From contig JAKLDJ010000001.1 in the NCBI GenBank assembly GCA_022703585.1, positions 440,695 through 504,694 on the forward strand: a stretch of DNA of 64,000 bases. The letters are read 5' to 3'. Source of the stretch: Candidatus Omnitrophota bacterium (GTDB lineage: Bacteria > Omnitrophota > Gorgyraeia > Zapsychrales > JAKLDJ01). The stretch's first letter is position 1. The number at the start of each line of letters is the position of its first letter. Of this stretch, positions 32,992-41,417 are shown one piece after another. Under the pieces are notes generated by a model. It did no database searches. It was not told the origin of the DNA and saw only the letters and a list, made by a program, of their open reading frames with translations. A program made the translations under genes and the position numbers.

Positions 32992-33660
32992 GATAACGAC
33001 GGCTTTCTTGGTACGGGCGGCTGTTTTATTCGTTCAGCCTAAGCGATAAACGGATAATGGCTGGGCGGAGAAACGATTGAGACCCGTCGGAGGATAAAAG
33101 CGATAATTCACAGAATTAACAACTTTTCCACAGCACCCCGAAGGGGTGCTTGGTCACCGATACCGACGAGAAAAAAGAAAAATCCGGTTTTGTAAAATAC
33201 ACACTGATCTTCGCCCGTGCCTGCTCCTTTTTGGGAAACGGTTGGCAACCTAAAAGACCCGTCTACCCAAAAACGAATTTATTATAACAAAGAATGTTTT
33301 TAATGCAACGCAATTTTTTTACTCTCCTCAAAACACAAGCCCGGGGGCGCTTATTTGGAAAATACCGGCAGTAAAGAGAGCGCCGGTTTAAGCAGAATCC
33401 AAAAGACAACAAATCAACATCCGGAGAAAAGTTTCCTTTGGGCCTAAGGGCACCAAAATCCCTTTTTGTTCCGGGCTGTAACCCTTAACCGCAGCCGATG
33501 CCGGCCGGAATTTCCCAGGCCAAGGAAACCAAATCCCCCGTGCTCACTCGCGCAGCCCAAATAACGGCTCACCAAGGCCGCGAATTTATTTTGAGCAGAG
33601 CAAAAACCCTAGCCAGTACGTAAGATAAAACCGTTTCAAAACGGCACGGGCCAAAAAAAC
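32992..33660. other. Candidate oriC/DnaA-regulatory region: about 670 bp non-coding between divergent dnaA and rpmH.
   Basis: Classic rpmH<>dnaA-dnaN-gyrBA synteny. Degenerate DnaA boxes (TTTTCCACA near 33124). AT-rich stretch near 33265-33330 as a possible DNA-unwinding element. Few perfect boxes, so extent is uncertain. Confidence 0.4.
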
Positions 33661-33688
33661 TTGACTAAAAAAGTCCGTATGTTATAAT
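33661..33688 (+). promoter_or_regulatory. sigma70-type promoter for rpmH (TTGACT, 16-bp spacer, TATAAT).
   Basis: ttgactaaaaaagtccgtatgttataat about 10 nt upstream of the rpmH ATG. Confidence 0.5.
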
Positions 33689-33696
33689 TGACCACT

Positions 33697-33834
33697 ATGA
33701 AAAAACATCTAGCCATTCCTACAAACATAAAAGGCAAACGCCGCCACGGCTTCCGGAAGAGAATGAGCACTTCCGACGGGAGAAAAGTAATCAAGCGCCG
33801 GCGCGCCAAAGGCCGCAAGCGTTTAGCCAAATAA
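33697..33834 (+). CDS. rpmH: 50S ribosomal protein L34.
   Basis: 45 aa [45 protein letters not shown]. Below the 60-aa ORF-track cutoff. Coordinates ±2. Confidence 0.85.
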   Translation: MKKHLAIPTNIKGKRRHGFRKRMSTSDGRKVIKRRRAKGRKRLAK

Positions 33835-33878
33835 CGCTGCCACGAGCTCGGTATCGCAATCCCATCGCGCGCAAAAAT

Positions 33879-34085
33879 ATGACCCGATTATTCTGTTTGA
33901 TTATTATGTTTTATCAAAAAGTGAGCAGATTTTTCTTGCCTCCCTCCTGCCGTTTCTATCCGTCGTGTTCGCACTATGCGATAGCTGCCGTAAAGAAGCA
34001 TGGATTCTTTAAAGGGCTGGTAAAATCTTTGTGGCGTATTGTGCGCTGCTCCCCCCTGTCTCCCGGCGGATACGATCCCGCATAA
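33879..34085 (+). CDS. yidD: Membrane protein insertion efficiency factor YidD.
   Basis: [11 protein letters not shown] motif. Begins only about 45 nt after rpmH. Confidence 0.85.
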   Translation: MTRLFCLIIMFYQKVSRFFLPPSCRFYPSCSHYAIAAVKKHGFFKGLVKSLWRIVRCSPLSPGGYDPA

Positions 34086-34153
34086 TAGCCCTATGAACAT
34101 GCATACTAAAAAAAACCAGAAGCGTATCATTCAACCGGAAAGATTCTAATATC

Positions 34154-35782
34154 ATGGAAAAAAGAACGCTCATAGCCGTTGCCCTATCCCTGTTTGTCTT
34201 ATTTTCGTATAATTCTTTGGTTATGCGGTACCAAGCAGCCCATCCCGATAAAAATAAGGATATTGCGTCACAAGTAGTTGCTAATAAATATGTTACAGAT
34301 ATCCAACCTCAAATACCCCCCACCGCTTCTTTCGCGGAACCTGCGATTCCGGTCGCTTCTCAGAACATAATAGAAAAGTTACAAGATATTGATACAGATA
34401 AACTTAAGATCGAGATATCGAATATAGGCGGTAATATAAAAAATATTACGTTAAAAGATTTTAAACAGAATTTTTATTTAGAGAATCTATTTAATCTGGC
34501 CGGATACGAGAATTCCGCATTTACTTTAGTTAAAGACGATAACAATCGTGTGTCGTGTTTATTCGAAGACGGAGACTTTCGAGTTATAAAGACATATGAA
34601 ATATTGCCAGGTACTTACGGTATCAGCGTTTCAGTGGATATAATTAATAAAAACAAAATGTCCAAACTGAAAACATTCAAGATATCTAATTTTACTATGA
34701 ACTTTAGCTATTTGGACAAAGATCCAGGATCGAATCGCGACAAGAGTTTATTTGAATATGCAATAAAATTTCAGGATAGCATTACTAGAAAAGGAAATGC
34801 ATTTTCTTTTAATAAGAAAGAATATACAAAGAAAGCCGGAATTATTGAATGGGTCGGGTTTAGAAATAGATATTTTTGTTTTATTTCAAAGCCGGAATTC
34901 AATACGGATTATTATTTTATAGAACCAATGGGTGACAAAGAAGCGAAGATTGGTGTTGAAGTTGGGCAGGGAGAAATAAATCCCGGAGAGCGCGTTTCTT
35001 ATAAATTTAAAGCCTATGCCGGGCCCCAAGATGAAGATTTATTGGTCAAATACGATCCAAAATTTGTAGAATTCGTAAGTTTTAGCAATTTTGGTATTAT
35101 TGATATCATATCAAAATGGACGGTAAAATCTCTTAAATTTCTTAATGGAATAATCCATAATACGGGGGTTTGTATAATATTAGTTAGCATTGGTTTTTAT
35201 TTGGCCATGTATCCGCTGACTCTAAAAGGTATGGGTTCTATGCGGAAAATGCAGCTTCTTCAGCCGGAAATAGCCAAGCTTCGGGAGCAATATAAGACTA
35301 ATCCCCAGAAGATGAATACCGAAGTAATGCAGCTTTACAAGAAGAATGGCGTTAATCCCCTAGGAGGGTGTTTTCCATTTTTGCTGCAGATGCCGGTTTT
35401 TATAGGGCTTTATCAGGCTTTATGGCGGTCTTTTTATCTAAAAGGAGGGAGCTTCTTGTGGATAAAAGACCTATCAGAACCGGACAGATTGTACATTTTT
35501 AAATACACGCTACCTGTAATCGGTAATGAATTGAATGTTTTGCCGATTATCATGATGGCAGTTATGTTCTTGCAGCAGAAGCTGTCATCCATGAATATAA
35601 AAACAACTGACCCGTCGCAGTTAATGCAACAGAAAATGATGGGGATATTTTTCCCCATATTCCTAGGGTTTATTTTCTACGGATTCTCGAGCGGTATTAC
35701 TTTATATTTCACAGTTTTTTATTCTTTATCGACGATAACACAATGGAAAATGTCCAAAATGAACGGAACGAAAAATGTTTAA
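34154..35782 (+). CDS. yidC: Membrane protein insertase YidC.
   Basis: N-terminal TM plus periplasmic domain. Conserved C-terminal 60-kDa IMP core (NPLGGCFPFLLQMPVFIGLYQAL). Confidence 0.9.
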   Translation: MEKRTLIAVALSLFVLFSYNSLVMRYQAAHPDKNKDIASQVVANKYVTDIQPQIPPTASFAEPAIPVASQNIIEKLQDIDTDKLKIEISNIGGNIKNITLKDFKQNFYLENLFNLAGYENSAFTLVKDDNNRVSCLFEDGDFRVIKTYEILPGTYGISVSVDIINKNKMSKLKTFKISNFTMNFSYLDKDPGSNRDKSLFEYAIKFQDSITRKGNAFSFNKKEYTKKAGIIEWVGFRNRYFCFISKPEFNTDYYFIEPMGDKEAKIGVEVGQGEINPGERVSYKFKAYAGPQDEDLLVKYDPKFVEFVSFSNFGIIDIISKWTVKSLKFLNGIIHNTGVCIILVSIGFYLAMYPLTLKGMGSMRKMQLLQPEIAKLREQYKTNPQKMNTEVMQLYKKNGVNPLGGCFPFLLQMPVFIGLYQALWRSFYLKGGSFLWIKDLSEPDRLYIFKYTLPVIGNELNVLPIIMMAVMFLQQKLSSMNIKTTDPSQLMQQKMMGIFFPIFLGFIFYGFSSGITLYFTVFYSLSTITQWKMSKMNGTKNV

Positions 35783-35975
35783 TGCTCCTAAAAGCATAGA
35801 ATCGGATGGGGCCACAGTTGAGGAAGCTATCGGAAAAGCTCTTAAAATTCTAGGCGTACCAAAAGAAGCTGTCAAGATCAAGATTGTCAGCGAAGAGAAG
35901 ATGGGCTTGTTTGGAATGGCTGGTTCAAAGCCTGCCCGGGTCATTGTTACACTGAAGCCATATAAAGAAAAATAA
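35775..35975 (+). CDS. Jag/KhpB N-terminal-domain-only protein (lacks KH/R3H domains).
   Basis: 66 aa. TVEEAIGKALKILGVPKEAVKIKIVSEEKMGLFG matches the Jag_N signature. Sits at the canonical position after yidC. Confidence 0.55.
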   Translation: MFNAPKSIESDGATVEEAIGKALKILGVPKEAVKIKIVSEEKMGLFGMAGSKPARVIVTLKPYKEK

Positions 35976-36029
35976 TCTTGATTTTTTGTTTTTTGGAATT
36001 AGAATAATAAACAAAAGGACGATTTAAAT

Positions 36030-36045
36030 TGTTTCACGTGAAACA
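36030..36045. promoter_or_regulatory. parS centromere site 1 (TGTTTCACGTGAAACA).
   Basis: 16/16 match to the consensus parS palindrome. Coordinates ±2. Confidence 0.8.
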
Positions 36046-36066
36046 TTAATTGTCCGATAATTGAAA

Positions 36067-36082
36067 TGTTCCACGTGAAACA
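36067..36082. promoter_or_regulatory. parS centromere site 2 (TGTTCCACGTGAAACA).
   Basis: 16-bp palindrome identical to B. subtilis-type parS, 13 nt before the parA ATG. Confidence 0.8.
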
Positions 36083-36094
36083 TTGCCTCGAATT

Positions 36095-36892
36095 ATGGGT
36101 AAAATCATTTCCATCTGCAATCAAAAGGGCGGCACAGGGAAAACCACGACAGCCGTAAACCTTTCTGCCTCATTGGCTTTGCTTGGCAAGCGTGTTCTAC
36201 TGGTTGATTCTGATCCGCAAGGAAATGCCACCAGCGGGCTAGGCGTCAACAAAAATACGATAGAAAAATCCATTTACGATGTCTTGCTGACGCACGCTAC
36301 GGTCAAAGAAATTTCCATTAAGAGTCACATTGCCAATTTGGACATTGCGCCTTGCAATATTAATTTAACCGGCGCAGAGATTGAATTAGTCGGAGCGCTT
36401 TCTCGCGAAACAAGATTGCGCCGCGCGCTTGGAGTAGTAAAAGAAGAATATGATTTTATTTTTATCGATACACCGCCGTCGTTAGGATTAATTACGCTCA
36501 ACGCTTTTGTCGCTAGCGATTCTATTGTCATCCCGATCCAATGCGAATTTTATGCGCTCGAAGGTGTGTCGCAGTTATTGAAAACTATTAATCTAATCCG
36601 GGAAGGACTGAACACCAATCTTGATATCGAAGGCGTTTTGTTGACGATGGCGGATTTCAGGACTAATTTGACGACGGAAGTAATTAACGAAATAAAAAAT
36701 TATTTTAAAGAAAAAGTTTACAAGACTATTATTCCGCGCAACGTGAAATTAAGCGAGGCGCCGAGTTTCGGGAAACCGATTGCGCTGTATGACCGCGCGT
36801 CGATCGGCGCGAAAAAATACGACGAGTTCGCCAAAGAATTTCTCGGGCAATCCGTCGAGAGAACAGAAAACATTTCCGCACACAAAGAATAG
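36095..36892 (+). CDS. parA: Chromosome partitioning ATPase ParA/Soj.
   Basis: Deviant Walker A KGGTGKTTTAVNL. The track's TTG start 12 nt upstream is possible. Confidence 0.92.
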   Translation: MGKIISICNQKGGTGKTTTAVNLSASLALLGKRVLLVDSDPQGNATSGLGVNKNTIEKSIYDVLLTHATVKEISIKSHIANLDIAPCNINLTGAEIELVGALSRETRLRRALGVVKEEYDFIFIDTPPSLGLITLNAFVASDSIVIPIQCEFYALEGVSQLLKTINLIREGLNTNLDIEGVLLTMADFRTNLTTEVINEIKNYFKEKVYKTIIPRNVKLSEAPSFGKPIALYDRASIGAKKYDEFAKEFLGQSVERTENISAHKE

Positions 36893-36901
36893 GGGGGCGT
36901 C

Positions 36902-37753
36902 ATGGAAAATAGGGCTCTGGGCAAAGGCCTTTCCGCACTCATACCCGAAAAGGTCAGTGTCGACCGGCATGAAAGTGTGACCTATGTCAGAATCGCGGAC
37001 CTTAAGGAAAATTCTCTGCAGCCGCGGCTGGATTTTGATAGCGAGAAATTATCCGAGCTGATCGCTTCCATAAAAGAGAAGGGAGTGCTGCAGCCGATTC
37101 TGGTTAGAAAAAAAGGGGAAGGCTATGAGGTTATTGCCGGCGAAAGAAGATTGCGCGCCGCCCGGTCACTTAAGATGGAAGAAGTTCCGGTTGTCGTCAA
37201 AACTGTTAATGACCAAGAAGCTTTAGTGTTGGCATTGGTTGAAAATATTCAGAGAGAAGAGCTGAATGCTATTGAAGAAGCCAAGGCTTTTAAGCGGCTT
37301 ATTGAAGAATTTAATTTTACGCAAGACTATGTGGCGCAATCAGTTGGGAAAGAGAGGACAACGGTTGCCAATATTTTGCGCTTGCTTAAACTTCCCGCGG
37401 AAATGCAAAAATGTATTTCCAACGGAACACTTTCCGTCGGGCACGGACGTGCACTTTTAAGTATTGAGAACGAGAGTTTGCAGAAAAAACTTTTTTCTAA
37501 AACAATCAAGAAGGGGTTATCCGTTCGCGAACTCGAGAATTTAGTCAATGCTTCAAGTGGGCGCGGTGCCAAACGCCGCAAAGAGGGAGCCTCTGCCGGT
37601 AAAGATATTTATCTGGCTTCGCTCGAGGAGGATTTACAAAAGGCCCTCGGGACCAAGGTCCGTATCGAGGCCAAACAGAAGAGGGGCAGAATCGTTATCG
37701 AATATTATTCCAACGAGGATTTGGACCGGATCGCCGGAATTATAAAGAAATAA
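36902..37753 (+). CDS. parB: Chromosome partitioning protein ParB/Spo0J.
   Basis: ParB box GERRLRAA, helix-turn-helix. Confidence 0.92.
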   Translation: MENRALGKGLSALIPEKVSVDRHESVTYVRIADLKENSLQPRLDFDSEKLSELIASIKEKGVLQPILVRKKGEGYEVIAGERRLRAARSLKMEEVPVVVKTVNDQEALVLALVENIQREELNAIEEAKAFKRLIEEFNFTQDYVAQSVGKERTTVANILRLLKLPAEMQKCISNGTLSVGHGRALLSIENESLQKKLFSKTIKKGLSVRELENLVNASSGRGAKRRKEGASAGKDIYLASLEEDLQKALGTKVRIEAKQKRGRIVIEYYSNEDLDRIAGIIKK

Positions 37754-37756
37754 ACT

Positions 37757-37789
37757 TTGGCGCCGCCCCGGCGCAGTGCCGGGGCGGCG
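37757..37789 (+). terminator. Perfect 14-bp GC hairpin after parB (terminator-like, no U-tract).
   Basis: ggcgccgccccggc-gcagt-gccggggcggcgcc. Confidence 0.4.
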
Positions 37790-37846
37790 CCCGATTCAAT
37801 CAAAATGAAGGCATTCTAAAAATTTTTTATTAACGCGGAGACGTTT

Positions 37847-38350
37847 ATGATCGAACAAGCACTGATACTGGTTAAGCCTGACGGGCTTTCAAAATCACTG
37901 ACCGGCAATATCCTGACCCGGCTCTCGGAAACAAAATTGGAGATTATCGCCGCGCGCATGGTCCGGGTCACCAAAAAACTCGCCGAAGAACATTACCAGC
38001 ACCTTAAAGACAAGCCGTTTTTCCCGGCGGTGATCAAATATCTTTTGGGCGAATACCATGACCGTAAGAAAGTCATGGCCATGATCTATTGGGGCGAAGA
38101 CGCCATCAAAAAATGCCGTCAGCTCGCCGGGGCCACGAATCCGGAAGAAGCCGAGCCCACCAGCATCCGGGGTTCCTACGGGCGCATCACGACGCGCGGG
38201 GTTTACGAAAACGTCATTCATGTTTCCGGTAACCCTGCGGATGCCGAGCGGGAAATCAAGCTTTGGTTTCAGCCCGACGAGATTATTGTCGATTTGTATC
38301 CGACCAAAGACATTGTTTTGAATTCTGTTACAAAAAAAACGTGGGCCTAA
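37847..38350 (+). CDS. ndk: Nucleoside diphosphate kinase.
   Basis: EQALILVKPDG...NVIHVSGNPADAEREI (active-site His). Confidence 0.92.
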   Translation: MIEQALILVKPDGLSKSLTGNILTRLSETKLEIIAARMVRVTKKLAEEHYQHLKDKPFFPAVIKYLLGEYHDRKKVMAMIYWGEDAIKKCRQLAGATNPEEAEPTSIRGSYGRITTRGVYENVIHVSGNPADAEREIKLWFQPDEIIVDLYPTKDIVLNSVTKKTWA

Positions 38351-38374
38351 GATCTTTAATGCAAGGAGCAATCT

Positions 38375-39199
38375 ATGATTAAAGGAATGACCGGTTACGG
38401 AAGCCAGGATTTCTCGTCGGGAAAAGTGAAGGGTTCCGTTGAGATTAAAAGCCTCAACCACCGCTATTTGGATTTAAGTTACTATCTTCCGCCGGGGTTT
38501 ACCTGGGTCGAAAATAAAATCCGTGATCTTCTGGCCCAGAAAATCGAGCGTGGCCGGGTTACGATCGCGGTGAAGATTACGCACAAGCCCAGCGGTGTGG
38601 CCGGATTTAACCAGGAGGCGGCGAAGGCGTATTTGAAATACGCAAAAATTTTTAAAAAAGAATTAGGTGTTAAGGGCGAATTGTCGCTATCAGATTTGAT
38701 TCAGCTGCCCGGCGTAGTCGATTCTTCCAAAGAGGCGGTTTTGGACACGGACAGCATTTGGCCGGCTATCGGAAAGAGCCTTACCGGTGCTTTAAACGGA
38801 CTTTTGGAAATGCGCCGGCGCGAAGGGAAAAGCCTTGCTGCGGATATCAACGTACAGTTAAAGCGTATGTTGTTGAAAATAAAGCAGATACAGGCTAGAG
38901 CTAAGGTCGTTCTTGCCGAGAAAAAGAAGACGCTAAATCACGAAGAGTTCGCGTCGTTTCAAAAGAGTTCTGACGTCAACGAGGAATTAACCCGAATGGC
39001 GCACCACATTGAAGAGCTGAGGCTGCTTTTGAAATCCGATGCAGCCATGGGAAAGAAAATTGATTTTATCGCCCAGGAAATGCAGCGGGAAACCAACACT
39101 ATCGGCTCGAAGTTGCAGGACAAAGTTGTCTCGCACGCGGTGATCGCGGTTAAAAGCAAGATCGAGAAGATCCGCGAGCAGTCGCAGAATATTGAATAA
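38375..39199 (+). CDS. yicC: YicC-family stress-induced protein.
   Basis: MIKGMTGYGSQDF YicC_N signature. yicC-gmk-rpoZ synteny. Confidence 0.85.
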   Translation: MIKGMTGYGSQDFSSGKVKGSVEIKSLNHRYLDLSYYLPPGFTWVENKIRDLLAQKIERGRVTIAVKITHKPSGVAGFNQEAAKAYLKYAKIFKKELGVKGELSLSDLIQLPGVVDSSKEAVLDTDSIWPAIGKSLTGALNGLLEMRRREGKSLAADINVQLKRMLLKIKQIQARAKVVLAEKKKTLNHEEFASFQKSSDVNEELTRMAHHIEELRLLLKSDAAMGKKIDFIAQEMQRETNTIGSKLQDKVVSHAVIAVKSKIEKIREQSQNIE

Positions 39200-39223
39200 G
39201 ATTTTTATCACTTCGGAGCACGA

Positions 39224-39793
39224 TTGGTGAGAAAAGGAAAGATCATTATTATCGCGGGGCCGTCGGGCTCCGGAAAAACGACGTTGCACCAGCGATTGCT
39301 TTTAAGTGGACGCTTTAAGAGAAAACTGATAAAATCGATTTCCGCCACGACAAGGGTTAGGCGCCGAGGCGAGCGCGATGGCCGCGACTACCTATTCTTA
39401 AGCCGTGCGCAGTTTTTACAAAGAATAAAATCCGGATTTTTTCTGGAGTGGAAAAAAGTGTTTAACGATTTTTACGGGACGCCCAAAAAAGCGGCCGAGA
39501 AATTGTTAAAAGCAGGAAAGAATGTTTTGTTGTGTATTGATGTTCAGGGAGCGAGGGAGGTTACTCGGCAGTATCCCGAGGCGGTTAAGATTTTTATCAA
39601 AGCCCCGTCGATGGCGGAGGTAAAAAGGCGTCTAATTGCCCGGGGCTCCGAGACAAAAAAAGACCTTGCGCGTCGGCTGGCCGTTGCCCGCCGGGAACTG
39701 CGCGAGGCCAAGCGATACGATTACGTTTTGGTCAACGACAATTTGACCGAGTGTGCTAAGAAATTAAAAGCAATTGTGAGCAGTCAAATCTAA
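39224..39793 (+). CDS. gmk: Guanylate kinase (TTG/GTG start).
   Basis: P-loop GPSGSGKTT. GMP-binding region. Confidence 0.9.
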   Translation: MVRKGKIIIIAGPSGSGKTTLHQRLLLSGRFKRKLIKSISATTRVRRRGERDGRDYLFLSRAQFLQRIKSGFFLEWKKVFNDFYGTPKKAAEKLLKAGKNVLLCIDVQGAREVTRQYPEAVKIFIKAPSMAEVKRRLIARGSETKKDLARRLAVARRELREAKRYDYVLVNDNLTECAKKLKAIVSSQI

Positions 39794-39806
39794 GGAGGAA
39801 TCACGC

Positions 39807-40064
39807 ATGGGGTATCAACCTCTAGGAACGCTTTTACCCAGGGCCGGTTGGAGTATCTATAAACTGGTTTTGCTGGCCGCCAAGCGCGCCACTGAAATCG
39901 CCGACGGACAGCCGCCGTTAATCGACCTTTTTTTGGGGCACAATAAAAAGGCCACGACCATTGCCTTAGATGAAGTTGCCGCCGGCAAGGTGGAGCTCAA
40001 GGAAGTTGCCGAAGCGCGTGAGGCCCAAGAGAAGGCCAAGGGCAAAAAGAAAGAAAAAGAATAA
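39807..40064 (+). CDS. rpoZ: DNA-directed RNA polymerase omega subunit.
   Basis: 85 aa, SIYKLVLLAAKRATEI motif. Position after gmk. Confidence 0.75.
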   Translation: MGYQPLGTLLPRAGWSIYKLVLLAAKRATEIADGQPPLIDLFLGHNKKATTIALDEVAAGKVELKEVAEAREAQEKAKGKKKEKE

Positions 40065-40078
40065 TAAGAGATTAAGTC

Positions 40079-40630
40079 ATGGCGTCCAAAAATAAAGAAA
40101 TTTTGCTTGGGGTTACGGGAAGCATTGCCGCGTACAAGGCCTGCGATATCCTGCGCCGTTTAAGAGACCGGGATTTGGGCGTTACCGTTATTATGACTAA
40201 AGAGGCGGCGCAACTGGTGACGCCGTTGACATTTGCCAGCCTTTCGGGGAGAAAAGTTTACATTGAAATGTTTGACCAGGATACAACCAGTTGGGAAATT
40301 GACCACGTGGCGTTGGCAGAGAAGGCTGAAGTTCTTTTAATCGCGCCGGCGACGGCGAATGTCATCGGGAAGTTAGCCAACGGCATTGCCGATGACCTGT
40401 TGACCTGCACTGCCATGGCGACCAAGGCAAAAATACTGATTGCCCCGGCGATGAATACCGGGATGTACGAGAATATAATCGTCCAGGAAAATATTACGAA
40501 ATTAAAAAAGCTCGGCATCGGGTTTATCGATCCAGTTAAAGGAAAATTAGCCTGCGGTACGACCGGCGCGGGACACTTGGCTGACGTTGAAACGATTGTT
40601 AAAACAGTTGAGCAGGCTCTAAAGAAGTAA
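40079..40630 (+). CDS. coaC: Phosphopantothenoylcysteine decarboxylase flavoprotein (CoaC domain only, no CoaB domain).
   Basis: ILLGVTGSIAAYKA...LIAPATANVIGKLANGIADDLL flavoprotein motifs. 183 aa. Confidence 0.85.
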   Translation: MASKNKEILLGVTGSIAAYKACDILRRLRDRDLGVTVIMTKEAAQLVTPLTFASLSGRKVYIEMFDQDTTSWEIDHVALAEKAEVLLIAPATANVIGKLANGIADDLLTCTAMATKAKILIAPAMNTGMYENIIVQENITKLKKLGIGFIDPVKGKLACGTTGAGHLADVETIVKTVEQALKK

Positions 40631-40754
40631 TTTGTTTTAAAACTATGGCGTGGTAGCCCTGCTGTCCTAAAACGATTTTGTTCTAGGAGAAGCAGGTGCA
40701 ACCCTTGACTTTTTAGGATGAAGCACTTTTCAATTTTAAGGAAGTCAAGGGCAG

Positions 40755-40790
40755 CCAAGTGGTAAGGCAGCGGTCTGTACTTCGCTTCGC
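40755..40790 (+). other. Duplicated 5'-half fragment of tRNA-Cys (D-arm plus anticodon-stem 5' strand) followed by an 8-bp hairpin.
   Basis: agccaagtggtaaggcagcggtctg is identical to 25 nt inside tRNA-Cys about 77 nt downstream. Followed by tacttcgc-ttc-gcgaagta. Confidence 0.35.
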
Positions 40791-40826
40791 GAAGTATCTT
40801 TTGACAAGTTATTCTGAGTTGATTTT

Positions 40827-40898
40827 GGCGACGTAGCCAAGTGGTAAGGCAGCGGTCTGCAAAACCGCTATTCACCGGTTCAAGTCCGGTCGTCGCCT
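40827..40898 (+). tRNA. tRNA-Cys (anticodon GCA).
   Basis: GGCGACGTAGCCAAGTGGTAAGGCAGCGGTCTGCAAAACCGCTATTCACCGGTTCAAGTCCGGTCGTCGCCT. Cloverleaf with anticodon loop CTGCAAA. Terminator hairpin ttgcccttc...gaaaagggcaa follows. Coordinates ±2. Confidence 0.85.
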
Positions 40899-41110
40899 CT
40901 TTTTGCCCTTCTTTATAAATTCTAGAAAAGGGCAAAAGAAGATCCTGCGAAGCTGAACGCCGATCGAAGATCGAGCAATTCAGCGAAGCAGGATCCAAAT
41001 ATAAGATTAAGGGCTCTGCTTCGCCAAATGCTTATCGAGTTTGGCTTCGCAGGACCCGATTCGCGCAACAAATTTATGTTCGCTTTCGCTCCATAAATTT
41101 AGCGCTCATC

Positions 41111-41193
41111 GGGCAAGTGGTGGAATGGCATACACGAAGGACTTAAAATCCTTTGGCCGTCAGGCTGTGAGGGTTCGACTCCCTCCTTGCCCA
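41111..41193 (+). tRNA. tRNA-Leu (anticodon UAA), long variable arm.
   Basis: GGGCAAG...AAGGA-CTTAAAA-TCCTT...variable arm...GAGGGTTCGACTCCCTC-CTTGCCC-A. 83 nt. Coordinates ±2. Confidence 0.8.
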
Positions 41194-41304
41194 TGTTTGG
41201 AATGTTTTAAGTTTTAAGTGTAAAGTTTTAAGTGGGTAAACTTGCGAAAGACCGAGAGGCGGCACACTTTAAACTTAACACTTTAAACGTGATAACTTAA
41301 TAGC

Positions 41305-41381
41305 GGACTCGTAGCTCAGTTGGTTAGAGCGCTTCCTTGACATGGAAGAGGTCGGAGGTTCGAGCCCCCCCGAGTCCACCA
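41305..41381 (+). tRNA. tRNA-Val (anticodon GAC) with encoded CCA.
   Basis: GGACTCGTAGCTCAGTTGGTTAGAGCGCTTCCTTGACATGGAAGAGGTCGGAGGTTCGAGCCCCCCCGAGTCCACCA. Coordinates ±2. Confidence 0.85.
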
Positions 41382-41417
41382 TATTTTGAAAATAAACAAA
41401 GAAGCAGAGAAAGAAGA

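Noticed and set aside
40258-40998. 246-aa - strand ORF
   Set aside because: Overlaps coaC antisense and runs through tRNA-Cys and its duplicate. Spurious.
41337-41417. N-terminal extension of the thrS ORF in the track
   Set aside because: It would be translated through tRNA-Val. The true start is the ATG at 41418, which is preceded by a purine-rich RBS.
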